NCBI GenBank assembly: GCA_026418455.1
Contig: JAOABH010000007.1
Location: forward strand, 17,554 to 81,553
DNA length: 64,000 nt
Direction: 5' to 3'
Source of the DNA: Hydrogenothermaceae bacterium
GTDB lineage: Bacteria; Aquificota; Aquificia; Aquificales; Hydrogenothermaceae
The notes under the pieces were generated by a model that saw only the letters and a list, made by a program, of their open reading frames with translations, searched no databases and was not told the origin of the DNA. This document shows positions 39,127 to 48,836 of the stretch, piece by piece; the stretch's first letter is position 1, and each line of letters begins with the position of its first letter. The translations under genes and the position numbers were made by a program.

Positions 39127-39977
39127 TAATAATCCTTGTCCTTATGATGTTTATCACTTTCAGTTACTATGTGATAGATGCTTACAGTAATGTAAACTCA
39201 GCAAACAGAATGGTGGTATCTATATATAACAAACAACAGGCTTACTATGTTGCCTCTTCAGTATTTGAAGCTGTTAAATTTTTACTGAATACAGACGATA
39301 AAACCGTAGATACTCTTACAGATAACTGGGCAAATCCTATAACCTTTGAGAGAGAAGGTGTAAAAGTAGAGGTAACTATTTACGATGAAAACAGATATAT
39401 AAACCTAAATGGAGTAAAAGATCCATCGTACAGACAGATTGTAGAAAATCTATTTAACAGACTTAACATATCTCCGGCTTACATTGATAAAATCTTAGTG
39501 TGGATAGGCAAAAAAGAGGGTTCTGTTAATGATAACTATCCACCAAAAAAGGCAGATTTAGACTCTCTTTATGAGCTTTCACTTTTGGGATTTAGAGATG
39601 AGGATTTAGTAGGTAAGATGGTGGGAAATAACTTCTACCCAGGACTTTTCTCAACCTCAACAGTTTATACACAGGGAAGAATAAACATAAATACAGCTCC
39701 ACTTTATGTTTTGATGAGTTTAGACCCAAAGATAGACCAAACTCTTGCAACGAAGATTATAGAATATCGGCAGAAAAAACCTTTTAAAACTATCAACGAT
39801 ATAGTTTTAGTAGATGGCTTTAACTTTGATATCCTATACAGGATACAGAACTTTATAGATGTAAAGTCCGATATATTCCATATCAAAATATCTGTCAAAA
39901 TAGGTGATACCCCTATGGAGATTGATTATATTTATAACAGAAATTCTGCAGAGGTTTTATACAAGGAGATAATATGA
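39123..39977 (+). CDS. gspK: T2SS minor pseudopilin GspK
   Basis: LTDNWANP motif and RININTAPLYVLMSL...IIEYRQKKPFKTINDI (HhH/SAM-like insert). Confidence 0.8.
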   Translation: MIIILVLMMFITFSYYVIDAYSNVNSANRMVVSIYNKQQAYYVASSVFEAVKFLLNTDDKTVDTLTDNWANPITFEREGVKVEVTIYDENRYINLNGVKDPSYRQIVENLFNRLNISPAYIDKILVWIGKKEGSVNDNYPPKKADLDSLYELSLLGFRDEDLVGKMVGNNFYPGLFSTSTVYTQGRININTAPLYVLMSLDPKIDQTLATKIIEYRQKKPFKTINDIVLVDGFNFDILYRIQNFIDVKSDIFHIKISVKIGDTPMEIDYIYNRNSAEVLYKEII

Positions 39978-40267
39978 GTGATGTTAGATTATCTGAAAGT
40001 GAGATAGAAACCATAAAGAGAGTTGTTAGGCAGTTTGACCCTCAGGCAAAGATAATCCTATTTGGAAGCAGGACAGATCTGTCAAAAAAAGGAGGAGATA
40101 TAGATCTTTTAGTTATTTCTGATAAAATAGATTATAACAGCCGTAGAAACATAAAGACAGAACTTTACCTACTTTTGGGAGATAGAAAGATAGACCTGAT
40201 AGTTACAGATAACCCGGATAAACAGTCATTTACAAAGATAGCTTATAAATACGGAGTAGAGTTGTGA
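39974..40267 (+). CDS. MNT-type nucleotidyltransferase (MntA-like antitoxin)
   Basis: LFGSRTDLSKKGGDIDLLV (GS-x10-DxD). ATGA overlap with gspK. Confidence 0.8.
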   Translation: MSDVRLSESEIETIKRVVRQFDPQAKIILFGSRTDLSKKGGDIDLLVISDKIDYNSRRNIKTELYLLLGDRKIDLIVTDNPDKQSFTKIAYKYGVEL

Positions 40268-40725
40268 AGTTTGAGGAAGCAAAGACTTTACTGTGTGAAT
40301 CTCTAAAACATATTGAAAAAAATCTATACTGGTTGTCAAAATCTTATGAAAAAGTTAAAGATATAGATTTAACATATTTAGATGAGGATAATTTTGAAAT
40401 CATTGAAGTGATGTTAAGTAGATTTTCAAGAACAGTTGATTTACTTATAAATCGGATACTCAGAACGTTGGATATAGTAGAATTGGAAGATGTAACTAAG
40501 AAGCTTGATACGGTTATAAGAGCAGAGAAAAGAGGTTTTGTAGATGATTACAGAGAATTGATAGAGTTGAAGGATTTAAGAAATGAGCTTTCCCATGAGT
40601 ATATAGCCGATGAGTTAGTAGAAAAAGTCAAAGAAGTTATAGAGAAGACACCAAATCTTATAGGGATTGTTAAAAAGGTTATAGAATATGTTGATAAAAT
40701 GAATTACTGTAAGGAGGAATTGTAG
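40264..40725 (+). CDS. HEPN-domain protein (HepT/DUF86-like toxin)
   Basis: R-x4-H motif LRNELSHEY. GTGA overlap with the MNT gene. Confidence 0.7.
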   Translation: MKFEEAKTLLCESLKHIEKNLYWLSKSYEKVKDIDLTYLDEDNFEIIEVMLSRFSRTVDLLINRILRTLDIVELEDVTKKLDTVIRAEKRGFVDDYRELIELKDLRNELSHEYIADELVEKVKEVIEKTPNLIGIVKKVIEYVDKMNYCKEEL

Positions 40726-40727
40726 AT

Positions 40728-41132
40728 ATGAAGAAGGAAAGAGGATTTACACTGATTGAGCTTCTTGTGGTTATTATCATCTTAGGACTTTTGGCTGCGT
40801 TGATAGTCCCTCGTATAACAGGAAGAGTAGATGAAGCAAAGATAGAGACAACAAAAGTACAGCTTAAAGCACTTAAAGATGCTTTAGAACAGTATAAGCT
40901 GGATAACGGTAACTATCCAACTACACAGCAGGGATTAAAAGCACTTGTAGAGAAACCTACCACCCCACCTATTCCAAACAGATGGAGACAGTATCTTGAT
41001 AAACTACCGAAAGATGGTTGGGATGAGGATTTTATATACATCTCTCCAGCTCCAAATAGACCATATGATATAAGATCAAAAGGTCCAGATAAAACCGAAG
41101 GAACAGAAGATGACATATCAGTTTGGCAATAA
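40728..41132 (+). CDS. gspG: T2SS major pseudopilin GspG
   Basis: MKKERGFTLIELLVVIIILGLLAALIVPR...QLKALKDALEQYKLDNGNYPTTQQGLKAL. Confidence 0.95.
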   Translation: MKKERGFTLIELLVVIIILGLLAALIVPRITGRVDEAKIETTKVQLKALKDALEQYKLDNGNYPTTQQGLKALVEKPTTPPIPNRWRQYLDKLPKDGWDEDFIYISPAPNRPYDIRSKGPDKTEGTEDDISVWQ

Positions 41133-41928
41133 AGAAACCCAGAGATTAGATATAACCCTTGGAGATGTCATAAAAGCCATACCACCTAAGTTTGTCAAAA
41201 TACTAACTGGAAAAAACGCTAAAATACTCTTAGATACAGTCTTCAAACAGACAAAAGAAAGAAAATTAGACTTTTTATTAGAACTTGAAGACAGTTCAAT
41301 ATTCCACCTTGAAATACAATCAACCAACGACAAAAACATGCCATACAGAATGCTTGAATACTACCTTTTAATAACATCAAAATACAACAACAGAAACATA
41401 ATACAGAAAGTCCTATATGTAGGAGATGAACCACTAAATATGGAAGGCAGTATAGAACTTCCAAATTTACACTTTAAATATGAACTATTAGACATAAAAG
41501 ATATATCATGTAAAGAACTGATAGAGAGTCCAGATTTAAACGACAAGATACTTGCAGCACTTTGCAAAATAGAAAATCCAGAAAACTATCTTTTAATAAT
41601 CTTTGATATACTATCTAACATACCTGAAAGAGAAAGGAAGGATTATATAGTTAAGTTATTGACTGTCTTAGATTTTAGACCTAAATTGAAAGAGGTAGCC
41701 TTAACATTGAAGGAGGAAAACAAAATGCCTTTAACAATTACAAGAGAGATGATAGAGAAAGACCCTTTCTATAAAAAAGGGCTGGAAGAAGCTTATAAGA
41801 AAAATATAATCAAATTATATACAAAGAAATCTTTTACTCCTGAAGAGATAGCGGAAATTTTGGATGTTTCATTAGACTTTGTAAAAGAAACACTTAGAGA
41901 AAAAGACAATCTTAAAAAAGATAAGTAA
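41110..41928 (+). CDS. Rpn/YhgA-family PD-(D/E)XK nuclease (putative transposase), copy 1
   Basis: LDFLLELEDSSIFHLEIQSTNDKNMPYRMLEY core. Its 5' end overlaps the gspG stop. Confidence 0.75.
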   Translation: MTYQFGNKETQRLDITLGDVIKAIPPKFVKILTGKNAKILLDTVFKQTKERKLDFLLELEDSSIFHLEIQSTNDKNMPYRMLEYYLLITSKYNNRNIIQKVLYVGDEPLNMEGSIELPNLHFKYELLDIKDISCKELIESPDLNDKILAALCKIENPENYLLIIFDILSNIPERERKDYIVKLLTVLDFRPKLKEVALTLKEENKMPLTITREMIEKDPFYKKGLEEAYKKNIIKLYTKKSFTPEEIAEILDVSLDFVKETLREKDNLKKDK

Positions 41929-41942
41929 GATAACAAAAAAAT

Positions 41943-42221
41943 ATGTTTTTAAAAAAAGGCTTTACATTACTTGAAATTTTGATAGCTATTACGATTATAG
42001 GTGTTACATTTACAGTTGCTTACGGGCTTCTGTATAAATCACGAGCAGACCTTGATTACACTTTAAAGCTATTTGATAACTTTTTATACATAGACAGCAG
42101 TATAAAGGAAGGTAAAACTTCAGATCTAAACAAAACAGAGAAGGATATCCCTGGATATCCGATAAAAGAGATAACCTATGAGAAAAACGGCGTATATATC
42201 AAACTTTACCAGATTAAATAA
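41943..42221 (+). CDS. minor pseudopilin (prepilin-type N-terminal methylation domain)
   Basis: MFLKKGFTLLEILIAITIIGV. Confidence 0.8.
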   Translation: MFLKKGFTLLEILIAITIIGVTFTVAYGLLYKSRADLDYTLKLFDNFLYIDSSIKEGKTSDLNKTEKDIPGYPIKEITYEKNGVYIKLYQIK

Positions 42222-42720
42222 AGGTTTTACACTTATAGAAGTTTTAGTAGTCTTAACTCTTCTTGGGATTGTGTTTTCTGTTTTGTCCTTTGGATTTTAC
42301 AACTCCATATACTCATCTCTCTCCATATCCCAAAGGTCAAAAGAAGTAGAAGATGTAGCTAAATTTTACTGGGATTTTCAGAGAAAGTTTTCCACTTCAA
42401 AACAGATTTTTATAAAAAAAATATCACAGAACAACTACATAATCACCCTCTATAACACATCAGGAGAATTTTCAAAAGGTTTGGTTAAATCAGTTTATTT
42501 TACAAAGGAAAATTTTCTTTGGTATTACGAATATCCATATATATTCGGCGACCCATATTTTTACGATGAAACTAAATCTATAAAAGTCATACCTGTGCAG
42601 GATTTTAATGTGGAGATAAATTACAACGGACAGAAAGTGGAAGAAATTAATTTGACAAAAATGGATAAAAGTTTTATTATTATAATGGAGGTTAATAAAG
42701 TTTATAAGTTAAAATTCTAA
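42178..42720 (+). CDS. minor pseudopilin (prepilin-type N-terminal methylation domain)
   Basis: NKGFTLIEVLVVLTLLGIV. Confidence 0.8.
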   Translation: MRKTAYISNFTRLNKGFTLIEVLVVLTLLGIVFSVLSFGFYNSIYSSLSISQRSKEVEDVAKFYWDFQRKFSTSKQIFIKKISQNNYIITLYNTSGEFSKGLVKSVYFTKENFLWYYEYPYIFGDPYFYDETKSIKVIPVQDFNVEINYNGQKVEEINLTKMDKSFIIIMEVNKVYKLKF

Positions 42721-42735
42721 TATAGGAGGAAAGTC

Positions 42736-45294
42736 ATGAAACGACTGATTTTTGCAGCGGCTTTATAGACAGGTTTCTTGATTTATAGTTGCGGAGGGGG
42801 TGGAGGAGGCGGAGGTAGTAGCGTAGTCCCAACACCTCAGCAAGTTTCTATTACTGGTTTAGCAACTTCTTTACCGTTAACGTCACAGCAAATGTCAAAT
42901 GCAATATCACAGCAAACAGAATCTCCAATTCCAATTTCAAATGCAGCAGTTACGATTACAGATTACTGTGATGGCAAATCTTTTAACTTGGCAACTGATA
43001 ATAATGGTAAGTTTAGTGTTCCTAATCTGACTATTTGTGATAAAGGAAGTCAGCCTGTAATTGAGGTAAAAGTTGAAAAAGAGGGTTATGCACTTTTTTC
43101 CAAAAGTTTTACCTATAATGACCTTAAAAATTCTAAAGATGTAACACTACCAGCATATCTTGACCCTATAAAGAATGCTACCACTATTAATTCCGATCAA
43201 ATAAATTTATCTTCACAAGGGAATGATGATTATGTATCTATAGCTGTTGTGAGGGATAAATCTACGCTGAAAACTCAGATATTGTCTGGACAGGAGCTTA
43301 CAACACAACTGAGAAAAAGTAGTAATCTTGAAGTTGTTTGGCAACTCGATGTAAAGAGATCTCTGCTAAAAGCCCAAGCAACAAACGGAACACCAACATA
43401 CATAGCTAAAATTAATAATTATGATCCGACTAATCCAGATGATATGAAAAAATTTCCTACAGATCAAAGTGACAAGGGAAAACTTGTTACTGCTGGGTTT
43501 GATTTTGTAGATATAAGAGATACATCTGGTAAACCTCTTACTTTACAAAAAGCTAATACACAATCATTATCAGGACAGGCTTTACCTCCAAATTGGAAAA
43601 TAAAAAGGACAGTGAATTGTTCTTTAATAAAATGTGATGAAGATAAAACTAAAGATGGTTATCAGATTGGATTTTATGCTTATTTAAATGGACAGTGGAA
43701 GTTTGTAGGTTACGGAACTGTGTATGATGGTCAAGATAACATCGTTAGTGATCCTACAAATGCAAGTAGTTGTCAGATAGTTTTAACTGATAGTGATATT
43801 GGTCAGAATTTAGATATGAATAATTATTATAACTTTGATCATGTTTTAGCTGGATGTGGTCAGCTACAGACAGGTACAATAAGGGTAAACCTAAAAGATG
43901 ATGCTGGAAATCCTGTGAGCTCTTGGGTAGGGATAGTTGTTGATGGTAACTATCAATGGGGAGATACAAATAGTGATATAACATATTCTTATTTATCTAG
44001 CAGTTCCAAACCTAATATTCAAGTTTTAGACCCATATACATACAAGTGGATAAATCCATCAACATCAACATCAACATCAATACAATGTTCAAAAGATAGT
44101 ACTAATACTAATATCGATACTTACAATTGCACTGTTACTAATCCTTACAAATGTAGCGTTACCGGAACATTAAAAGATTCAAAAAACAACCCCTTACCAA
44201 ATAAATTGGTTTACTCTAACATTGCTAAAACATCTACTTATACTGATAGTAGTGGTAAATTTAAATTACAAACCTTGTGTAATGTAGAAGGATATATCTA
44301 TGTAGGGCATAGGTGGACCTCTATGGCTACATTTAATGTTAATAGAACTACGAATAATGACGAGACATCTGATGATGGAACAAATGTAGTATTAAAGGAT
44401 ATTTCTATTCAGAATAATCCGCCAGAGATATCTTATATATATGCTGGAGGTTCTTATTCTAATGTACTTACAGTTAAGTCAGGAAGTAACTTAAATCTTT
44501 ATAGTTTTGCATATGACCCAGATGGAGATAAAGTGACATATAGTTGGTCAGATAATAATTGTGGTGGTAAGTTCAGTGATGCTACATCACCAAATCCAAC
44601 CTGGACAGCTCCTACTACTCCCCCAAGTACTGGAAAATGTACTATAACTCTTACAGTCTCTGATGGTTCAGCTACAACTACTAAAGATATTACAATTACC
44701 GTTACAAACAATAATATTCCACCTGTAATATCCTATATGACTGCAAGTCAAACTCAAGTTAAGAAAGGTGGTTCTGTCAATCTTTATAGTTTTGCATATG
44801 ACCCAGATGGAGCTAATGTGACATATAGTTGGTCAGATAATTGTGGTGGTAAGTTCACTGATGCTACATTACAAAACGATGGTACTACATTGCAAAATCC
44901 AACCTGGACAGCTCCTACTACTGCTAAAACATGTACTATAACTCTTACAGTCTCTGATGGTTCAGCTACAACTACTAAAGATATTACAATTAATGTCGGA
45001 TATCCTCCTGTTATTAGCTCTGTAAATATTCCAACTACTGCAAACATAGGAGATAAATTAACATTCTCTGTTGTTGCTTCTGATGCAGATGGAGATAGCT
45101 TAACATATGAATGGAGAGTTAATAACTCAGTTGTCTGCACTACATCTACCTGCTCTTATACAGTCAATGCAGGAGGATCTTATTTTGTAGAAGTTACTGT
45201 TAAAGATTCTGACGGTAATACTGCAAAAGCTTCAGGAACAGTTATGGTTGGCAAAAATGCAGACACAACCATTAATATTCAAAAGAAAAATTAA
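42736..45294 (+). CDS. large secreted lipoprotein with PKD-like repeats; signal peptide interrupted by an in-frame TAG (42766-42768)
   Basis: AGGAGGA RBS, then ATG 42736: MKRLIFAAAL*TGFLIYSCGGGGGGGGSS. Three C-terminal PKD-like modules (YSFAYDPDG..YSWSD..TWTAP..CTITLTVSDG). Confidence 0.75.
44494..44995 (+). repeat. tandem near-identical 285-nt-period DNA repeat (two PKD-like modules)
   Basis: AATCTTTATAGTTTTGCATATGACCCAGATGGAG occurs at 44494 and 44779. Long identical runs follow, through ...CTATAACTCTTACAGTCTCTGATGGTTCAGCTACAACTACTAAAGATATTACAATTA. Confidence 0.85.
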
Positions 45295-45314
45295 TTTTTA
45301 AAGGAGGAATAGTC

Positions 45315-46625
45315 ATGAAAAAACTTGCAGCAAAAACATTGTTGACAGTAGGTTCTGTGGCGGCTGTGTCCGCCTCTCTTTTCTCTTGCGGAGGAGGTGC
45401 ATCTTCTACAACTTCGGCAGATACTTCTGTTGGAAAAACTGCTATTCTTGAAGTAAGTATTCCGGAGCTTGCAAATAAAGTTACCGGACAGATTCTGGCA
45501 GATGATGCTCAGAAATACAGAGTTGTTATTGAACAATATTCATCTGACAGTAACGGTGTGATATGTGATTACAAAAACTATTCATCTCCAACTTGTGCAT
45601 ATAATGAAGACTCAGTTACTCTGACACCTTCCAGCCCAACAGCAAAGATAGGCTTGTATCCTGGACTAACAAAGATATGTATCTATCAGAACGAGAATTA
45701 TTCTCCACTTTTATGTAGTCTTGCAGAACTACAAACAGGGACAAATAACTTTACATTTACACTTACAAGAGGAACATGGTCACTACCAACTGGTAAAGAT
45801 ATAAACGGTTATACAAAGTTTGCCATAAAAGGTTATAATGATAACTATTATGTGTATGGAGATCAAAATCCATTGTTAAGTATCATTGGTTCTAAGGATG
45901 GTTCTACTTGGAATTCACAAGATATAGTAAACGGAGCATATACTCAGAGAGATTACCAAAATGGAGGTAAGTTTTTCGGCTTAGGTAGCGGTGGTGATGG
46001 TTTTGTAGCAATAGATGGAACATACGATTCTACAAATAACAAAATTGTACTTAGGGACATTTCTACAAAGGGTATATACAAAGATATTACGTACGCTAGG
46101 ATAGTTAAAATGGAATCTATTGAAGAAGCTCAGATTTTTGATAATACAGGTAGTAATGTAACTGGTACAGTTTTTGGTAACTGTAAATTTTCTTCTACTG
46201 ACGGAAAATCTATAACAGGTTGTTTACTTAAAAATGCTATGGATGGAACAGATCAAGATTACACTTACAAGATAGCACTCACTCACAAATTAACCGGTCC
46301 ATCTATCTGTTATGATATGAGAGACTTATATGATCCAAACAGCGGAGTATGTTTTGACTCAGCTAATTATACTTATAATAATGGAAGCTATACTTATACA
46401 TGTTTTAAGGACGGTTATCAATATAACTCTTCTACCGGAAGATGTGAGGCTGATCTGAAAACAGTATGTGAAACTACAAGAGGTGGAACTTATGATGCAA
46501 CATCAAAAACATGTACTGAGAGTAATACTCTATATGTAAAAGTAGGTTCTATGGAAAAAGTTACTCTAACAGGTTCTTCTTCTCTACCTTCTACAGGAAC
46601 GATTACTGTTCAAAAAACGAAGTAA
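45315..46625 (+). CDS. secreted lipoprotein (436 aa), function unknown
   Basis: Signal peptide plus lipobox ASLFSCGGG; Cys-rich C-terminal half. Confidence 0.7.
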   Translation: MKKLAAKTLLTVGSVAAVSASLFSCGGGASSTTSADTSVGKTAILEVSIPELANKVTGQILADDAQKYRVVIEQYSSDSNGVICDYKNYSSPTCAYNEDSVTLTPSSPTAKIGLYPGLTKICIYQNENYSPLLCSLAELQTGTNNFTFTLTRGTWSLPTGKDINGYTKFAIKGYNDNYYVYGDQNPLLSIIGSKDGSTWNSQDIVNGAYTQRDYQNGGKFFGLGSGGDGFVAIDGTYDSTNNKIVLRDISTKGIYKDITYARIVKMESIEEAQIFDNTGSNVTGTVFGNCKFSSTDGKSITGCLLKNAMDGTDQDYTYKIALTHKLTGPSICYDMRDLYDPNSGVCFDSANYTYNNGSYTYTCFKDGYQYNSSTGRCEADLKTVCETTRGGTYDATSKTCTESNTLYVKVGSMEKVTLTGSSSLPSTGTITVQKTK

Positions 46626-46635
46626 TTTTTTACTG

Positions 46636-46660
46636 GAGGGAGTTTTTACTCCCTCTTTTT
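46636..46660 (+). terminator. Rho-independent terminator
   Basis: GAGGGAGT-tttt-ACTCCCTC 8-bp stem followed by TTTTT. Confidence 0.7.
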
Positions 46661-46684
46661 ATATTCAAAAATGTCGGAGATATT

Positions 46685-47149
46685 ATGAAAAGTCTATTTA
46701 TCTTGTTGGGATCGCTATTTATATTAGTAGGATGTAACAATTCAGAAGATAAAAAAGTTGCGGAAAATGTAAGAGAAGGCGTTCCTGCACCTACAAATCC
46801 TTATGATATCCAAAATTTTGAAATGTCCAAAAAATATAGCAGTTATTCCATCTATATAAAAGCTTTACAGCAGGAGATGACAAAACCAGAGCAGTCTATA
46901 TTTCCTGTCGGTATGGATTATATTTTAAGATTAAACCAAGTCAGTATTAAGGTGGTTGGAGATAAGCTTAACATAGAGGTTAGTGGAGGATATGCATTAA
47001 CTAACATTGATTATTCAGGTTTTAAAATATACAATGTACAACTATTGAAAATAAATGGTAAAAATTACAATCCAGAGAGTTTGAAAGGTAAAAAATTTGT
47101 GATATACTTGAAGGATGAAAAATTAATATATTCCCTTGAGGAGAGATAG
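46685..47149 (+). CDS. small lipoprotein (154 aa)
   Basis: Lipobox FILVGCNN. Confidence 0.65.
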   Translation: MKSLFILLGSLFILVGCNNSEDKKVAENVREGVPAPTNPYDIQNFEMSKKYSSYSIYIKALQQEMTKPEQSIFPVGMDYILRLNQVSIKVVGDKLNIEVSGGYALTNIDYSGFKIYNVQLLKINGKNYNPESLKGKKFVIYLKDEKLIYSLEER

Positions 47150-47151
47150 TT

Positions 47152-48836
47152 TTGTTGAATTTAGTTAAATTAATGTTACTATTTCTTTTTGCCTTTAATT
47201 TAACATATTCTCAAGAATTTAACGGTTTAATAGTTAAATATAAAAGTGGCTCAATCTCAAAACAGTCAGGAGATTTTAGCAGTTTAAAATTAGTTAAATT
47301 ATCAAAAAATGAAGATATAAAAGCAAAAATAAATTACTATAAAAATTTGCCAAATGTAGAGTATGTTGAACCTAACTACATAATAAAAAAGCAGATACAA
47401 CACCTAATGACCCTTACTATACTCAACAATGGGGCTTAAAAAGAATAGGAGTTGGAAAGGTTTGGGATTCTTATAGAGAATCTTCTGTTGTGGTTGCCGT
47501 AATAGATAGTGGAGTGAAACTTGATCATCCTGATCTTAAAGATAACATATGGAAAAATCCCGGTGAAACAGACTGTAATAACGGTATAGATGATGATAAT
47601 AACGGTTATATTGATGACTGTTATGGCTGGAATTTTGTGGATAATAACAACAACCCTATGGATGATGATGGACACGGAACACATATTGCAGGCATAATAG
47701 GAGCTGTAACTAACAATAGCACTGGAGTAGCGGGAGTAAATTGGAAGATAAAAATTATGCCTGTTAAAATTCTTGATAGTAACGGTAATGGTGATCTGCT
47801 TACCCTTGTAAAAGCATTAAAGTATGCTGCTGATAACGGAGCAAAGGTGGTAAATCTAAGTTTAGGATATCCTTCCAGTTGTACATATGTAGATTCTTCC
47901 CAAGCTCTGAAAGATGCAATTGATTATGTAAAAAGTAAAAATGTTATAATTGTAGCAGCAGCAGGAAATTATAGTTGTGATGATGATGTATATCCATTTT
48001 ACCCTGCAACCTTAAATGTTGACAACATTATATCTGTTGGATCTTCATCTTCTGATGATAAATTGTCCTATTTTAGTAATTACGGAAAAAATTCTGTTGA
48101 TATCCTTGCACCCGGTGAGAATATAGTAAGCACTTATATAGATCAAACCGGATATAAATCTCTCTCTGGAACATCAATGGCTACCCCTTTCGTTACAGGT
48201 GCTGTTGCATTAATACTATCAAACAAAACAGATATTCCTAATCCTTTTGCTGTTAGAGATTTAATAGTAAATTCCGCCGATAAGAATAGTTACATAGAAG
48301 ATAAAGTTATAGGTGGAATATTAAATCTTTTCTCTGCCTTTAATAGTCAGTTATCTCCTATAAAACCTTTGAATATTTCTTACTCAGCAGTTAGTTCATC
48401 AACCGGTAGTAGTCCGCAGGCTGTTACAATTAGCTGGGAAAAAAGATCTAACATTGTTGAGAAATTTGTTGTTGAAAGAATGCAGGTTGGAAGTGTTGGA
48501 GGAATGCAGGCTGGGAGTTGGAACGTTGTAGCTGAATTATCAGCTAATGAAACAAGTTATACCGACAACACCGTATCCGGTGGAGTGACATATCAGTATA
48601 GAATAGGGTCTGTATATCAAAGTAGTATATCCTACTCTGATCCAATAACAGTATCTGTACCTGCACCTACTCCTACTTCTTCACCTTCAAGCTCTTCATC
48701 AGGTGGAGGTGGTGGTTGCCATTTAATCTCAGTGAATATATACTCATACTTAATGGTAATACTCTTAATACTCATAAGGAAATTTAATGGAATTTTACTA
48801 CGAAGGATATATTCAAGGGAAGAAGGTAAAGGGTAG
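47152..48836 (+). CDS. subtilisin-like (S8) serine protease with propeptide, Fn3-like domain and C-terminal sorting signal; frame break at A6 (47385-47390)
   Basis: ORF 47152-47439 is the signal peptide plus an I9-like propeptide ending VEYVEPNYIIKK. The next frame, open from 47376, continues ADTTPNDPYYTQQWGLKRI...VAVIDSGV (Asp), DDDGHGTHIAG (His), SGTSMATPFVTG (Ser). Confidence 0.85.

Noticed and set aside
47385-47391. Confident call of programmed -1 ribosomal frameshifting in the protease (and at the gspC A_AAA_AAT site)
   Set aside because: The heptamers are right, but I see no upstream SD-like or downstream hairpin stimulator. Three of the four breaks need a -1 correction and one needs +1. 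The sites are therefore reported only as a hypothesis alongside phase variation, decay and sequencing error.
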